Origin: Trueperaceae bacterium
GTDB taxonomy: Bacteria > Deinococcota > Deinococci > Deinococcales > Trueperaceae
NCBI GenBank assembly: GCA_034520945.1
Contig: JAXHNB010000002.1
Location: 1 to 64,000 of the forward strand
Direction: 5' to 3'
DNA: 64,000 nucleotides
Each line of letters begins with the position of its first letter. The first letter of the stretch is position 1. The notes under the pieces are model-generated. The model ran no database searches and was not told the DNA's origin. It saw only the letters and a program-made list of their open reading frames with translations. This document shows positions 1 to 8,785 of the stretch, piece after piece. Made by a program: the position numbers and the translations under genes.

Positions 1-1085
1 CCAGAAACGCCGCGTAGGCGTCGCGGTCCAACGGCAGATCGACCGGCCGCCCTCGGTGACTGGAGAGGGCGATGGCGTTGGCCAGTTCCAGCGACATGCG
101 GCCCTCGCGGCCGTCGACGCGGCAGGGCCTGCCGTCGCGGATCGCCGCCACCAGGTCCCGGTACACCGCCGCGTGCGTGCCCGTGGCGGCCAGGCGTTCG
201 GTCGGGTGCGGCCGCAGGGCGGGTGCGCCGAACGGGTCGGGGTCGTGCGCCCGGTGCTGGGACAGCGGCGGGTCGAACGCCGTCAGGGTGAGGCGGTCGT
301 CCTCCAGCAGCAGCCGGGCGCGGTCGCCGACCAGCTCCAGGCGGCGGGTGGCGCCGGCCTCGATGGTGTTGCTGGCCACGTAGCCGGTGGCGCCGCTGCC
401 ATAGCCAAAGCAGGGCGTGGGCGGTGTCCTCGCACTCGGTGGCGTGGCGCAGCGTGCCGGTCACGCCCCAGACGCGGGACGGCATGCCGGCCAGATGACA
501 GGCCAGGTCGAGGACGTGCGGCGCTTGATTCAGGAGCACCCCGCCGCCCTCGCCGCGCCAGGTGGCGCGCCAGCGGGCGCGGCGGAAGTAGGCGGCGGTG
601 CGCACCCACGGCTCGGTGCACATCACCCGCTGGAGCGGGCCGAGGGCCCCCTCCGCGATCAGCGCCCGCGCCCGTTCGGCCAGGGGCGCGAAGCGTTGCT
701 GGAACGACACGGCCAACAGCCGGTCGTACCGCGCGGCGTCCGCGATCATGCGGTCGGCGTCGCGCGTCTGAACGGCCATCGGCTTCTCGACCAGCACGTG
801 GCTGCCGGCCGCGAAGGCGTCATGGGCGATGTCGGCGTGGCTGGGGTGGGGCGTGAGGATGGCGGTGACGTCGGGCCGCACCTCGGCCAGCAGGGCGCGG
901 TGATCGGCGTGGAACGCCGCGCCGGGAAAGCGCGCCTCGGCCTGCTCTGCGGACAGCGCGGGATCGCAGACCGCCACCAGCTCGGCGTCCTCGGTCTCGG
1001 CGAGGGCGGCGAGGTGATGACCGGCGATGTTGGCGCCCGCGCCGATCAGGGCGACCCTGAGCGGGCTCGGGGCGCGGGGGTTCAC
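1..1085 (-). CDS. Gfo/Idh/MocA family oxidoreductase; 3' end runs off the window; apparent +1 frameshift at ~408
   Basis: My translation from GTG 1085 (GTGA overlap with the upstream stop) gives RVALIGAGANIA, HVLVEKPMA and GGGVLLNQAPHVLD. Family-like sequence continues in a shifted frame after CTTTGG (..LLGYGSGATGYV..EGRMSLELANAIALS). Confidence 0.85.
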   Translation of the reverse strand, partial: MNPRAPSPLRVALIGAGANIAGHHLAALAETEDAELVAVCDPALSAEQAEARFPGAAFHADHRALLAEVRPDVTAILTPHPSHADIAHDAFAAGSHVLVEKPMAVQTRDADRMIADAARYDRLLAVSFQQRFAPLAERARALIAEGALGPLQRVMCTEPWVRTAAYFRRARWRATWRGEGGGVLLNQAPHVLDLACHLAGMPSRVWGVTGTLRHATECEDTAHALLWLWQRRHRLRGQQHHRGRRHPPPGAGRRPRPAAAGGRPPHPDGVRPAAVPAPGARPRPVRRTRPAAAPDRTPGRHGHARGGVPGPGGGDPRRQALPRRRPRGPHVAGTGQRHRPLQSPRAAGRSAVGPRRLRGVS

Positions 1086-2155
1086 CCCGTGGCCCCTTCG
1101 CCGCGGGCCTGCACCTCCAGGCTCAGTTCGGCCGCCTTGAAGGCGTGCGCTTGCGTCATGGCGGTCTCGGTGCCGTCCAGGGCGTCACGGATCAGCTCGC
1201 CGAAGAAGGGGTAGCCGATCTGGCCGGCCAGCGGGATGTGCTCGTAGCGCTCATTGGTGACCAGGTACAGGTGATCGGGCGTCGATTCGCGGGCCAGGTC
1301 CAAGTACTTGCGCAGCTCGAGGTACCCCTTCGTGCCCACCACCAGCAGCCGACCGTCGCCCCAGGTGGGCAGGGCGTCCGGCGTGAGCCAATCGACGCGG
1401 AAGTAGCCGCGCACGCCGTTCGGCGCAACCAGGACCGCCTCGCCGAAGTCCTGCAGCTCGGGGTGCTCGGGGTGCGCCAGGTTGCCGGCGTGCGCGTACG
1501 CCACCGTGGCCTCCTCGCTGCCGGCGAAGTACATGAACTGCTCGACCTGGTGGCTGCCGAGGTCGCTGAGGATGCCGCCGGCGCGGGCGCGCGAGAAGAA
1601 CCAGTCGGGCCGAGACGACGCGTTCAGGCGGTGCGGCCCCAGGCCCAGCACCTGCACCACCTCGCCGATCGCCCCTTCACGGACCAGCCGGCCCGCGTGG
1701 ACCGAAGCCTCGGAGTGCAGCCGCTCGCTGTAGTACACGAAGAAGCGCCGCCCCGTCTCGGCCACCGCCCGGCGCGCCTCCTCGAGGTGGGCGCGTTCGG
1801 TGAACGGCGCCTTGTCGGTGAAGTAGTGCTTGCCGGCCCGCAGCACGCGCACGCCCAGCGGGCCGCGGCGGTCGGGCACCGCCGCGGTCGCCACCAGGTT
1901 CACGTCGTTCGCGTTCAGCGCCTCGTCCGGGTCGGCGACCGGCACCGCGTCCGGGAAGCTCCGCGTGAACGACGCGACCTTGTCGGGGTCCGGGTCGTGC
2001 ACGTAGGCGATGTCGGCCCCGGCCTGCTCGAGGCCCTGGCACATGGCGACGATGTGGCCGTGGTCCAGGTGCATGGCGGCGACGCGGAAGGTGCCGGGCT
2101 CGACCACGCGGGGCGCGCGCCCGCTGGGGGTGTAGTGCATGCCGTCTCGTTGCAT
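1082..2155 (-). CDS. Gfo/Idh/MocA family oxidoreductase
   Basis: ATG 2155 with GGAGG RBS; KHYFTDKAP (EKP variant) and GGILSDLGSHQVE motifs. Confidence 0.88.
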   Translation of the reverse strand: MQRDGMHYTPSGRAPRVVEPGTFRVAAMHLDHGHIVAMCQGLEQAGADIAYVHDPDPDKVASFTRSFPDAVPVADPDEALNANDVNLVATAAVPDRRGPLGVRVLRAGKHYFTDKAPFTERAHLEEARRAVAETGRRFFVYYSERLHSEASVHAGRLVREGAIGEVVQVLGLGPHRLNASSRPDWFFSRARAGGILSDLGSHQVEQFMYFAGSEEATVAYAHAGNLAHPEHPELQDFGEAVLVAPNGVRGYFRVDWLTPDALPTWGDGRLLVVGTKGYLELRKYLDLARESTPDHLYLVTNERYEHIPLAGQIGYPFFGELIRDALDGTETAMTQAHAFKAAELSLEVQARGEGATG

Positions 2156-2175
2156 TCGTTCCTCCGGGCCGGGCG

Positions 2176-3591
2176 TCACGCCAGGCGGTAGGCGTCCTTG
2201 GCTGCGCCGTAGGCCAACCAGTGCGCCATGTCGGGCGCGTCGTCCTCGTCGATCAGTCCGCGTGCCGTCATCCCGGCCAGCCAGTTGGCCGAGGTGCGCC
2301 GCCACACGTCGTGCCGGGTGGGGATGCTGGGGAAGGCGCGGGTGTCGTCGTTGAAGCCGGCCAGATTGTAGATGCCGGCCGTCTCCACCACGCGGTCCAG
2401 GTAGCGGTCCATGCCGAGCACCGAATCGTAGAACCACCACGGCGCGCCCAGGCGCAGCGCCGGGTAGTGGCCCGCCAGCGGCGCCAGCTCGCGAGCGTAG
2501 GTGGACTCGTCCAGGGTGTACACGATCAATCGGAAGGCGGGATCAAAGCCGTGCTCGTTCAAAAGGGCGTGCAGCCCGCGCGTCCAGTCGACCGCGATCG
2601 GAATGTCGGCGCCCTTGTCGGGGCCGAACCGGTCGTAGACGCGCGGGTGATGGTCGCGGAAGCTGCCCGCGTGCACCTGCATCACCAGTCCGTCCTCGCG
2701 CGCCATGCCGGCCATCTCGAACAACATGTGGCCGTGGAAGCGCGCCTGGTCGTCCTCGTCGGCCCGGCCGTCCAGCGCCCGCGTGAACAGCGCCTCCGCC
2801 TCGGACGCGGGGAGGGGCGCGACGAGCGGGTCCTGCACGCCGTGATCACTGGCGGTCGCCCCACGCTCCTGGAAGTAGGCGCGGCGGGACCAGATGGCCT
2901 CGGTGAACGACGTCAGGTCGATGATCTCGCGGCCGGTGCGTTCCTGAAGCAATTCCAACGCCTCCTGCCAGGAGGGGTCGGTCAGCTTCATGAGCGCGTC
3001 CGGGCGGAAGGTGGGCCGGACCGGCAGGCCGTCGGCGCGGATGCGGGCGTGCGCGTCGAGATCGTCGGTGGCGGCGTCGGTGGTGGCAAGCATCTCGATG
3101 TCGAAACGCTCGAACAGCGCGCGCGGCCGGAAGTCGTCCTGCTGCAGCCGCGCCTGCACCTGGTCGTACAGGGCGTCGGCGTTGGCGGCGGTGGGCTTCT
3201 CGCGCACCCCGAACAGTTCGATCAGCTCGGCCTTGAGCCACAGGCCCGTCGGCGTACCGCGGAACAGGTGGAAGTTCTCGCATAAGCGCCGCCACACGGC
3301 GCGGTGATCGCGTTCGGTGGCGCTCCCGTCGCGGGTGGGGACGCCCACGTCCTGCATCGGGACGCCTTGGCTGTACAGCATGCGGAACACGTAGTGATCG
3401 GGTGTGATCAGCAGTTCGGCCGGGTCGCCGAAGCGCGCCTCGGGGTCGGCCAGCAGGTCGGGGGGGACGTGCCCGTGGGGGCACACCAGCGGCAGGCCGC
3501 GGACGTGCGCGTACAGCTCACGGGCGCGGTCGCGGACGGCCGGTTCGGGCGAGAAGCAGCGGTCTTCGTCCAGGGTCCAGGGGGTCGGCAT
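2176..3591 (-). CDS. uxaC: Uronate (glucuronate/galacturonate) isomerase
   Basis: CPHGH metal motif, PDHYVFRMLYSQG, LGAPWWFYDS, GFNDDTRAF..RHD; 471 aa. Confidence 0.95.
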   Translation of the reverse strand: MPTPWTLDEDRCFSPEPAVRDRARELYAHVRGLPLVCPHGHVPPDLLADPEARFGDPAELLITPDHYVFRMLYSQGVPMQDVGVPTRDGSATERDHRAVWRRLCENFHLFRGTPTGLWLKAELIELFGVREKPTAANADALYDQVQARLQQDDFRPRALFERFDIEMLATTDAATDDLDAHARIRADGLPVRPTFRPDALMKLTDPSWQEALELLQERTGREIIDLTSFTEAIWSRRAYFQERGATASDHGVQDPLVAPLPASEAEALFTRALDGRADEDDQARFHGHMLFEMAGMAREDGLVMQVHAGSFRDHHPRVYDRFGPDKGADIPIAVDWTRGLHALLNEHGFDPAFRLIVYTLDESTYARELAPLAGHYPALRLGAPWWFYDSVLGMDRYLDRVVETAGIYNLAGFNDDTRAFPSIPTRHDVWRRTSANWLAGMTARGLIDEDDAPDMAHWLAYGAAKDAYRLA

Positions 3592-3624
3592 GCGGGGTCC
3601 TTCCAGAGGGGCGAGCGTGTTGGG

Positions 3625-4641
3625 TCAGGAGGCCGTCGCGTCGGGATCATCGTGCGGCGTCGCGCCGGGACCGTCCGGCGGCGCCGCCAGGCTTAGGTCG
3701 CGGAGGACGCGGTTCACGATCCTCTCGGGCTCGACCTCGACGCCCACGACCAGGACACGCTCGTGCGGTCCGGGCAGTTCGAGCGCGTCGTACTGGCTCT
3801 GCAGCAGACCGGGGTCGAAGAAATGGCCCTCGCGCGCGTCCAGCCGTTCGGCGACCAGGCGCTTCGGGCCGTGCAGCAGCACCACGGCCACCTCGGACCT
3901 CTCGCCGGTGAGGGCGCGGCGGTAGCGGGCCTTGAGCGCGCTGGAGGAGAGCACCACGCCTTCGCCCGCCTCCAGGTGGGCGTCCAGCGCGGCGCGAAGC
4001 GAGTCCAGCCACGGCCGGCGGTCGTCGTCGGTCAACGCTTCGCCGCGCGCCATCTTGGCCTTGTTCTCCGGCGGGTGGTGATCGTCGGCCTCGACGTAGT
4101 GCCAACCCAACCGTGACGCCAGGGTCCGCCCGACGGTGGTCTTGCCGCTGCCGGACACGCCGGCCACCACGATGGCGCGGGGCGGGCCACCTTCGGCCAG
4201 GACTCGGGCGGGCACGTCCTCGAACCACGGCCAGTGCACGCACGAGGGCACGTCGGGGAACAACACCAGGTCGGCCGCGCCCGGCGGGCCCTTGAAGGCG
4301 ACGGTGGTGGTCTCGGCGGCGCCCAGCAGCTCGCGGGCGCGCCTCAGCGTCGCGCCGGTGACCGTGACGTCGTCGACCAGCACGATGCGCTGTCCGCGCA
4401 CGTCGGGGACGTCCCCGACCGGCTGGGGCGCGTCATGGGCGGGCACGTTGGCGTCGTCGCGAAACGCCAGGCGCAACAGGCGGAGCGGCCGCTCCAGCCG
4501 GTACGCGATCAGCGCGCCGGGCACGGTGCCGCCGCGCGCGACGGCCACCACCGCGTCCACCTCGTCGCGTGGGGGCAGGTCGGCGCTGCGGACCCGCTCG
4601 GCGATCCGATCGAACGGCAGGTCGACCGCGTCGTCGCTCAC
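3625..4641 (-). CDS. Fusion of a type I phosphoribosyltransferase domain and a gluconokinase (GntK/IdnK type)
   Basis: N-terminal VVAVARGG and IVLVDDVTVTGATL (PRPP loop). C-terminal GVSGSGKTT P-loop, EADDHHPPENKAKM..LTDDDRRPWL and HFFDPGLLQSQYDALE. One open frame. Confidence 0.88.
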   Translation of the reverse strand: MSDDAVDLPFDRIAERVRSADLPPRDEVDAVVAVARGGTVPGALIAYRLERPLRLLRLAFRDDANVPAHDAPQPVGDVPDVRGQRIVLVDDVTVTGATLRRARELLGAAETTTVAFKGPPGAADLVLFPDVPSCVHWPWFEDVPARVLAEGGPPRAIVVAGVSGSGKTTVGRTLASRLGWHYVEADDHHPPENKAKMARGEALTDDDRRPWLDSLRAALDAHLEAGEGVVLSSSALKARYRRALTGERSEVAVVLLHGPKRLVAERLDAREGHFFDPGLLQSQYDALELPGPHERVLVVGVEVEPERIVNRVLRDLSLAAPPDGPGATPHDDPDATAS

Positions 4642-4672
4642 CGGGCGCCTCCCCGCCCCATGCCGACCCGCC

Positions 4673-5938
4673 TCACGCCTGCCCCCGCACCTTGAACAGG
4701 GTTTCGCCGGCCTTGGGGACGTACAGGATGCCCTCGTCCTCGCGGTCCTGGAACGAGGTCACGTCGATGGCGTCGGGATCCATCCACCCCAGCCCCAACG
4801 CTTCGGTCTCGTCCTTGGGGATGCGGGAGGCCAGCGTCACCTGGGCGCGCGGCTTCTCGACCCCGTCCTCGAAGCGGCCGTCGCCCCGCACGTGCGTCGA
4901 GTGCGCCAACACGCCGAGCGGCACGTGCGAGAACCGGTCCCACTGCTCCAGGAAGTACGGCAGCACGTGGTACCCGATCTCGCGGATCCAGCGGCCGTGC
5001 ACGCGGCTCACCTCGCGCAGGTGCGGGGCGTGAATGATCAGTTCGCCACCCTCCGCCAGCGCCGGCTCCAGCTTGTACATGGCCTTGCCGGCCGTCCACA
5101 GCTCGTCGTACATCGGCGGCGCGACCGACAGGACCCGCTGAAACGGCGCGTCCACCCAGCGGACGTGCCGCTGGGCCGACAGCGCCACCGCCTCGGGCCA
5201 CGCTTCGCGGGGGGCGCCTACGAACGTGCCGGCCAGCTCGCCGCCGTCCACCACCAGCGCGGCCAGGGTGGCCTCCGTGGGCAGCAGTTCGAACGCGGCG
5301 TCGATCATGGCGCGCACCGGCGTGTCCGCCACGCCGATGGTGCGCCTCACGCCGCCGAGGGCGCCCAGCCAGTGCGTGACGTTGATCATGTCCGCTTCGC
5401 TGACGCCGGGGAAGAAGTACTTGGTGCCGCCGGAGAAGCCGACCACCTCGTGCGGAAACGTCGGGCCCAGGATGATCACGTGGTCGTGCTCGACCACCGC
5501 GCGGTTGATGCGCACGTCCACGTCCCCGCCCAGGGTGGGGTGCCAGCGGTCGCCGGCGATCTCCTGAATGCGCGCGCGGGGCAGCGTGCCCAGCGAGGTC
5601 AGCGCGGCGGGATCGTTCCAGGCGTGGTTCTCGAGCCGCACGTGGCGGTAGCGCCCCTGGCGTTCCTCGGCGCTCAGGCCCACCAGGTCGTTCAGGCGGT
5701 CCTCCTCGAGCGGCGGATGCGTGCCGAGCGCCACCATGAACGTCAGTTCGCGGGCGCCGTCCAGGGCGTCCACCATGGTGCGAAACAGCATCGGCAGCGG
5801 CAGCGAGCGCGTGTGATCCGGGATGAGCACCAGCACCCGCTCCCCGTCGTGCGCACCGCCGAAGGCCTGATGAAGGGCCTCCCGGACGCGGTCGTGCGGC
5901 AGGGTCGCGCCCGCGTCCGCGACCGCCCGGGCTCGCAT
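4673..5938 (-). CDS. LarA-family nickel-pincer-dependent hydroxyacid epimerase, probably D-mannonate/D-gluconate 2-epimerase (GntE-like)
   Basis: IPDHTR, ALGTH, FPHEVVGFSGGTKYFFPG, THW and WTAGKAMYK match LarA motifs. ATG 5938 overlaps the upstream TGA. Lies between the uronate reductase and gluconokinase. Confidence 0.85.
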   Translation of the reverse strand: MRARAVADAGATLPHDRVREALHQAFGGAHDGERVLVLIPDHTRSLPLPMLFRTMVDALDGARELTFMVALGTHPPLEEDRLNDLVGLSAEERQGRYRHVRLENHAWNDPAALTSLGTLPRARIQEIAGDRWHPTLGGDVDVRINRAVVEHDHVIILGPTFPHEVVGFSGGTKYFFPGVSEADMINVTHWLGALGGVRRTIGVADTPVRAMIDAAFELLPTEATLAALVVDGGELAGTFVGAPREAWPEAVALSAQRHVRWVDAPFQRVLSVAPPMYDELWTAGKAMYKLEPALAEGGELIIHAPHLREVSRVHGRWIREIGYHVLPYFLEQWDRFSHVPLGVLAHSTHVRGDGRFEDGVEKPRAQVTLASRIPKDETEALGLGWMDPDAIDVTSFQDREDEGILYVPKAGETLFKVRGQA

Positions 5939-6750
5939 CACACCCCGCCGAAGGCGTCGTAGCCGCCGTCGATCGGGATCACCACGCCGGTCACGAAGCG
6001 GCTGGCGTCGGAGGCGAGCCAGGTGATCGTGCCGGCCAGGTCGTCGGGGTCGCCGAAGCGGCCCATCGGGGTGTGGTTCAAGATGGTCTGGCCCCGGTCG
6101 GTGGGGGTGCCGTCGTCGTTCATCAGCATGGCGCGGTTCTGATCGCCGAGGAAGAACCCTGGGGCGATGGCGTTGACGCGGACCTTTTCGCCCCACGTCC
6201 GTGCGGCGTGCACGGCCAGCCACTGCGTCAGGTTGTCGACCGCCGCTTTGGCGGCGGCGTAGCCGATGACGCGGGTGAGCGGCTTGCGGGCGGCCATGGA
6301 GGAGATGTTCACGATGCTGCCGCGCTTTTCGCGGGCCATGCCTTCGCCGAACGCCTGGATGGGCAGTAGCGTCCCGGTCAGGTTGAGGTCCACCACGGCC
6401 CGGAACGCCTCGGGCGTCAGGTCGAACAGGGTCTGGTCGCCGTGCACCAGCGCGTCGGGCCGGTTGCCGCCGGCCGCGTTGACGAGCACGTGGGCGGGCC
6501 CCCAGGCCTCCTCCAGGCGGGTGCGGGCGTCGCGTAGACCGTCCGCGTCCAGCACGTCGGCGGGCAGCGCCATCGCCTCGGCGCCCGCGTCGCCGAGCTC
6601 ACGCGCCACGCGCTCGGCCACCTCTTCGCGGCGGCCCAGCACCGCGACGCGGGCGCCGGCGGCCGCCAGCGCCCGCGACATGGCGCCGCCCAGCACGCCG
6701 GTTCCGCCGGTCACGACCGCGACGCGTCCGCGAAGATCGAAGCCGCTCAC
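5938..6750 (-). CDS. uxuB: SDR-family fructuronate reductase / D-mannonate oxidoreductase
   Basis: VTGGTGVLG, NAAGGN, YAAAK and NAIAPGFF, typical of the SDR-type uronate reductase; uxaC/uxaE context; GTG start 6750. Confidence 0.8.
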   Translation of the reverse strand: MSGFDLRGRVAVVTGGTGVLGGAMSRALAAAGARVAVLGRREEVAERVARELGDAGAEAMALPADVLDADGLRDARTRLEEAWGPAHVLVNAAGGNRPDALVHGDQTLFDLTPEAFRAVVDLNLTGTLLPIQAFGEGMAREKRGSIVNISSMAARKPLTRVIGYAAAKAAVDNLTQWLAVHAARTWGEKVRVNAIAPGFFLGDQNRAMLMNDDGTPTDRGQTILNHTPMGRFGDPDDLAGTITWLASDASRFVTGVVIPIDGGYDAFGGV

Positions 6751-7262
6751 GCGGCGGCCTTCCCCTGGCCGCGCGGGGCGGCCAGCGCGCCGGCGGCGGC
6801 CAGGATCAGCAGGCCGGGCCAGGAGGCGGTGAATGCGAACGCCAACGTCGCGGCGGGTCCCTGGCCTTGCACCAGCGCGCCGGCGACCACCGCGGCGATC
6901 AAGTACGCGGGCGCAGCCACGGCGACGAGCGCGGCCGGCGCCCAGCGGCGCACTGCCAGCACCAGCGACACCACCAGCACCAGCTCGATCACCAAGGCCG
7001 GCAGCATCGGCCCGGCCGGCATGCCGGTCAGTAGGCGGTTGAGCAGCGGCGTCAGCACCGCGATCGACAGCGCCGACACGGCGTCCAGCCGCATGGCGGC
7101 CAGCGTGGCGGCCAGGAAGATGGGCAGCAGGCGCGCGCCCATCGGCGGGCCGGATTCGACGGGGATCAGGTGCACCAGCACCGGCAGGATCAGGCCGGCG
7201 GCCAGCGCCGCGCCGACGGCGGCGACGCGGTAGGTGGTGGAACGGCGGAGGGAGTGGGTCAT
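6747..7262 (-). CDS. Small integral membrane protein, ECF transporter S-component-like
   Basis: 171 aa with about 5-6 hydrophobic helices; pattern AALAAGLILP..H..G..LLP..TPLLN..LTGMP..PG resembles S-components; coupled to both neighbours. Confidence 0.65.
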   Translation of the reverse strand: MTHSLRRSTTYRVAAVGAALAAGLILPVLVHLIPVESGPPMGARLLPIFLAATLAAMRLDAVSALSIAVLTPLLNRLLTGMPAGPMLPALVIELVLVVSLVLAVRRWAPAALVAVAAPAYLIAAVVAGALVQGQGPAATLAFAFTASWPGLLILAAAGALAAPRGQGKAAA

Positions 7263-8785
7263 GACGAACCTCCTTGCGTGGCTGTGGCGGCGTGGGGCAC
7301 GAACGGCTGCAGGTGCCGCACGAAGTGGCGCTCGAGCGCCTCCTCGTGCGCTTCACGGCGGGACTCCAGCAGGGCGATCAGACGCGGCCGGAAGGCGTCG
7401 AGGGCGCTGCCGAAGGTGACGTGCAGGATTTGGCGGGCGTCATCATCGTCCAGCAGACCGGGCAGGTCGGCGTCCGCCAAGCGATCGGGGGCAGGAACGC
7501 GGCTGGGATCGGCGCCGATGAGGTAGCTGGCGCGGTCGGTCTCGAACCGCTCCTGCGCGAGGGCCAGCACGTCGCGGAACAGCTGCGGGTCGTGCTGGGC
7601 CGCGACGCGAAGCGCCTCCAGGTACGAGGTCCCCGCGGTCTTGAGGTGGACCAGCCCGCCGGTCGCCTCGGCGATCAGGGGGTAGACGGAGAACTTGTCG
7701 CTGCCGGAGTGCAGCGACAACTTGTAGGGACCGAACGCGCGCGCGATGCGGGCGTGAGCGTCCAGGGTGCGCGCCAGTTCGTCCAGGTCGCCGCGGAAGT
7801 CGACGCCCTTCTCGAACCGGCCCGTGAAACGCGGCGCCAGCGACACCACGGGCAGCTCGAGCCGCTGCAGCTCCAGCGCCAGGAAGGCGTGCTCCTCTAG
7901 CGTGGTGGGGGTGCCGGTCTCGTCGACCGACACCTCGATCTCGTAGCGGGCCCCGGTCTCACGCAACACCCGGTGCAATTCGGCGGCGTGCGCCAGGGCC
8001 GCGCCGTACTTGGCGGCCGCGCGGGCCAGCGTCTCGTCGTCCAGCCGAAGTGACAGCCCGCCGGCGTCCAGCGCCTGCCCCACGTAGCGCCGGCGCAGTT
8101 CGGCGCGGTGCGTGCCGAGCGCCTCCCACGGCAGGGCGTCCAGCTTGGCGTCCAGCTCCGCGCTGGACGCGGTCGCCGCGGCGTCGTCGACGCGGTCGCC
8201 GGGATCGAACGTGAACATGGCGAAGCCGGCGCTGGCGCAGCGCCGCACGTCCTCCTCGGTCTTCAGGTGGTCGGCGTCCCCGCCCACGCCGGCGGTCCAA
8301 CCCGCCGCGAAGGCGCCCCAGGTGGCGTCGGTGACGACCTCGCGCGGGCTGCGGCCGGTGCGCGTCATCTCGCGGATCGACTGCTGCGCGAAGATCGGCC
8401 GGATCCGCCCCTCCGGGTCGGCCTGCCGCAATGCGCGGGCGTGACCGGGTGTGGCCAGCCCCAGCCGGTCGCCGAAGCCGGCGCTGGTGGCCAGGCCCAG
8501 CGGCTGGGGCGCAAGGTCGGGGAACTGCGTTCGTAGCAGGGCGGCGTTGCCGTGCGAGAGCGGGCCGTGCCCGATCCGGAGCTCCTCGACCGCGTCCTCG
8601 ACCACGCCTTCCAGCCGCTGCCACGCGCGCGCGTCGGGCCGGGCCAGCAGCCCCAGTCGGTCCCGGTCGGGCGCCGCAGGGTCGGGCTCCAACCACGCCA
8701 CGACGTCGTCGCTGAGGCGCAGGGAGGTCGGGTGAAGGTCGGGGACGAGCGCGCGGGCGCGTTCGATCAGGTCGGGATGGCTCAC
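7259..8785 (-). CDS. uxaE: Tagaturonate/fructuronate 3-epimerase
   Basis: GFGDRLGLATPGH, AQQSIREMTRTGR, DADHLK, EVSVDET, FEKGVD, SLHSGSDKFS and HLKTAGTSYLEAL; GTG start 8785. Confidence 0.93.
   Translation of the reverse strand: MSHPDLIERARALVPDLHPTSLRLSDDVVAWLEPDPAAPDRDRLGLLARPDARAWQRLEGVVEDAVEELRIGHGPLSHGNAALLRTQFPDLAPQPLGLATSAGFGDRLGLATPGHARALRQADPEGRIRPIFAQQSIREMTRTGRSPREVVTDATWGAFAAGWTAGVGGDADHLKTEEDVRRCASAGFAMFTFDPGDRVDDAAATASSAELDAKLDALPWEALGTHRAELRRRYVGQALDAGGLSLRLDDETLARAAAKYGAALAHAAELHRVLRETGARYEIEVSVDETGTPTTLEEHAFLALELQRLELPVVSLAPRFTGRFEKGVDFRGDLDELARTLDAHARIARAFGPYKLSLHSGSDKFSVYPLIAEATGGLVHLKTAGTSYLEALRVAAQHDPQLFRDVLALAQERFETDRASYLIGADPSRVPAPDRLADADLPGLLDDDDARQILHVTFGSALDAFRPRLIALLESRREAHEEALERHFVRHLQPFVPHAATATQGGSS

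Noticed and set aside
4673..5938. Calling this gene a true lactate racemase (larA)
   Set aside because: The uronate/gluconate context favours a sugar-acid epimerase.
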